Source of the DNA: Acanthaster planci
Lineage: Eukaryota
Assembly: GCF_001949145.1 (NCBI RefSeq)
Contig: NW_019091355.1
Location: 3,454,646 to 3,518,645, forward strand
DNA: 64,000 nucleotides
Direction: 5' to 3'
Each line of letters starts with the position of its first letter. The stretch's first letter is position 1. The notes under the pieces are model-generated. The model was given only the letters and a program-made list of their open reading frames with translations. It did no database searches and was not told where the DNA came from. Positions 61,206-64,000 of the stretch are shown one piece after another. Made by a program: the position numbers and the translations under genes.

Positions 61206-63215
61206 CTAGTGTGGGCCATGGTCATTGTACATACTGTTGGAGGCGCAGTTGGAGGCAGACTGTGTCACACCGTGTGCCGCACCATGAGATGCATTGTGTG
61301 ACGCACCCGTTGTCATGCCTGCTGCTGCTGCCAGGGCGATGTCGAGTTCAGATCCGCAGTCCTCCATGGCTGTCGGAGAAGAATGTCCAAAAAAAAAAAG
61401 AATTTAACTTGCGACCAGTGTCTCAACATTTCTTGCTTTAAAACAAAGCCTCTTTCACTTCTAATACCACTCATGGAATCAGGCCACAATAGTAAAGACA
61501 ACACTGCCGTCCAGCAACACGCTGGGCCAATTTCCGGAACAGAGGAACTCAAGTAACACTGCACAAAGGGGGCTCTTTACTGGGTGGCAGACCTGGCTGC
61601 AATACTCAATAATAGTACTGCAGGTCAATGGAGGTTGCCTGTCAGATTAAAGTCGCCACAAGACAGTCATTCGTTTGGGTGTACATGTCCAGTAAATGAA
61701 GATATGAATTTTTGAAGAATTTTGAAAACTGGATAATAATGAATAATCATGCATGCCGCTAAACTCCACCCGGCATGAAGTGGTTAAACCTAAGCCGTGC
61801 AGCAATGAAGACAGAAGACTGCAGGCAAATGCTGGACAAAGTTGGATTAACAATCACTGGCCATTGGTTGATTCATGGTGTACGCTGACCCTGCACAAAT
61901 TTGGACATTAAACAACAGAAAGTACTACATGCATGTGCTGTGATAAGCAAAGTTACGAGAAGAACTCCGTAGTCGACCATCACGTTTTTGAGTGTCTTTA
62001 ACACCAAGAAGTTTTTGAAACAAAAAAAATTAAGAGTGACTTTCCTAGATGCTGAAGGCATCAAGGAGAGAACACTTCAACCAAACAAATCACACCCTGA
62101 ATTTCTTTACTTACAATCAGATTCTCTGCAGTTTTCTGCGCCGACGTAGACCCCATTTTTACACATATATGACATGACCTCCTGGTATATAAGGGCTAGT
62201 CACAAAGAAAAAAAAGAGGACAAACGTCATTCAAACTCATTCACACGGTCATGACAGACAGGATCATCATACAGTGGCATAACTGGGGTACATTTGTAGG
62301 GAGCACTTGGGGGAGGGGGGCTCTCATCTTCTGGAGGAGACCACTCAATGGGTTTTGGTCACAGGTGGAACACTGACAGAGACGGACTTTCACCAGATTT
62401 TTATATCAAACTTCTGAGCGGGCAGGTGTAATGAAGAAAGCAGGCCTTGAGTGGAGGGGGCTGTGATGACTAATCTCCCCCCAGTATCTGACCATACACC
62501 ATGCAATGAGATTATTCTACTCCACCTGGTTCATGATGAACAACCACTGCAGTACTGTACCCGTGGCTACCATAATGCCATGGACAACCACCATAAGACT
62601 ATACCCATGGCTACCACGGTGCCATGGATAACCACCATAAGACTATACCTATGGCTACCATGGTGCCATGGATAACCACCATAAGACTATACCCATGGCT
62701 ACCATGGTGCCATGGATAACCACCATAAGACTATACCCGTGGCTACCATGGTGCCATGGATAACCACCATAAGACTATACCTATGGCTACCGCGGTGCCA
62801 TGGACAACCACCATAAGACTATACCCATGGCTACCCATAGTGCCATGGACAACCACCATAAGACTATACCCATGGCTACCCATAGTGCCATGGACAACCA
62901 CCATAGGATTACACGTATGCCAACGGCAACCATGACACTTTAATCTCTGTGCACAACAGCGTCTGTCCTGACAGCAAGTGGAAACCACATTACAAGCAGA
63001 TTCACAGACGCAATAAGCCTGAGAACATATATTGATCATTCCCATTCAAATAAACTGGTGATGTCATTGGAAAGGGCTCTTGTGAACAGACTACACAGCG
63101 CCCTCAGTGGTCTAGGTACAGACTGTATGGGACAACGCCTTACTCATTTACCTTTCCACTGCTCCACGGTGTGTTCTCTCTCATCTATTGAGTGGTCGTA
63201 AGTGATAGGCACCGG
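61206..63215 (-). CDS. JNK: c-Jun N-terminal kinase (MAPK8/9/10 co-ortholog), last three coding exons; gene continues off the window end
   Basis: Exons 63215-63152 (PVPITYDHSIDEREHTVEQWK), 62195-62115 (ALIYQEVMSYMCKNGVYVGAENCRESD) and 61369-61206 (SMEDCGSELDIALAAAAG...DHGPH*). Introns are GT-AG with consistent phases. DEREHT.E.WK.LIY.EV is the JNK C-terminal signature. Confidence 0.9.
62560..62905. repeat. Minisatellite, 44-45-bp unit, ~7.5 copies (JNK intron)
   Basis: Unit CCATGGAYAACCACCATAAGACTATACCYRTGGCTACCAYGGTG starts at 62578, 62622, 62666, 62710, 62754, 62798, 62843 and 62888. Confidence 0.95.
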
Positions 63216-64000
63216 CTGAATAAGGAGCCAAAAAAACCAAATAAACGAGAACTTTTCTATTTTTCTGCAAACTTTACACAAGAGATACGGTACAAATGCA
63301 ATACTGACATTTGCACCTTCTACCCCACAGACACTTTTTTGAGGGAGAGGGTGGGTCATCTCGCAGCTTTGGGTAGGGGACGGGGATTCTCCCATTCTCA
63401 GCTATTCCATGCCTGATCTTTTTGAAACATAGCACGCATGACAAGAAATTAATTATGAGAACACTTGAGAAGTTTTAATGTGATCAAATGCAGCCTTCTG
63501 TTGCTACGGTCAGCCAGAGGTACATGCACTTCTACTCAATCAATGTGGAGATGGAAAAGCCATTAACCCTCCTATGGTTTTACAGCACAAATGTGCACAA
63601 ATGCCCACAGTCACTGGTCAGCATGTAGTTTCTATATGGAACACAAACATGCACAGGTTCAGTGTGTACACAGTAGGTTGTCAGCACAAAATGACCCAGG
63701 GTCTTTTGTGCAGTCCTCTTCACAATTATGCACATGAAACAGTGAAGCACAGTTCTTGGGCAGCACAAAAGTGCAATCTGATATTCCTGTGAGGGACTGT
63801 TGGTGCAGTGCACAACACAACACAGCTGTGCTTCTTTGAGGTGTTTACCAAATGACCCAAAGAGTGACTTCAGCATAGGAGGGTTAAAGACCATACCATG
63901 AGGAAGATTCAAGCTCACACCGTACTTTAGAATCACAGCCCATAAACCAGATTTCTTGAACTGGCCTAATGCAGAATTTCCAGGAATCTCCCTCTCCGGG

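Noticed and set aside
62560..62905. CRISPR-like regular repeat array
   Set aside because: Units are contiguous with no unique spacers and lie in a eukaryotic intron, so this is a minisatellite. The same applies to 40726-40860.

Overview
Eukaryotic (invertebrate metazoan-like, intron-rich) genomic window with two assembly gaps (13472-14143, 17283-17830). Four host genes were reconstructed by hand from GT-AG exon chains: the 5' end of a probable MCU (minus strand, 2 exons) head-to-head with a complete MICU1 (plus, 11 coding exons, 471 aa), and a complete PH-RhoGAP-coiled-coil gene of the ARHGAP22/24/25 family (plus, 6 coding exons, 722 aa) tail-to-tail with the last three coding exons and long 3' UTR of a JNK gene (minus). 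Both pairings are, from my knowledge of the human genome, also neighbours in vertebrates. Between MICU1 and the RhoGAP gene sits a decayed Ty3/Gypsy retrotransposon, the most unusual object here. Its 709-bp LTR is bounded by ~110-bp inverted repeats and contains a consensus CTCF motif. It has a tRNA-Leu PBS and a GGGAAAC -1 frameshift signal, and downstream of integrase, in the env position behind a splice acceptor, it carries an intact 252-aa ORF with two C2H2 zinc fingers. Introns and UTRs hold many MITEs (hAT, piggyBac, PIF, pogo-like), SINEs, decayed Penelope-like and LINE fragments, and minisatellites. All homology calls are from motif recognition, not database searches.
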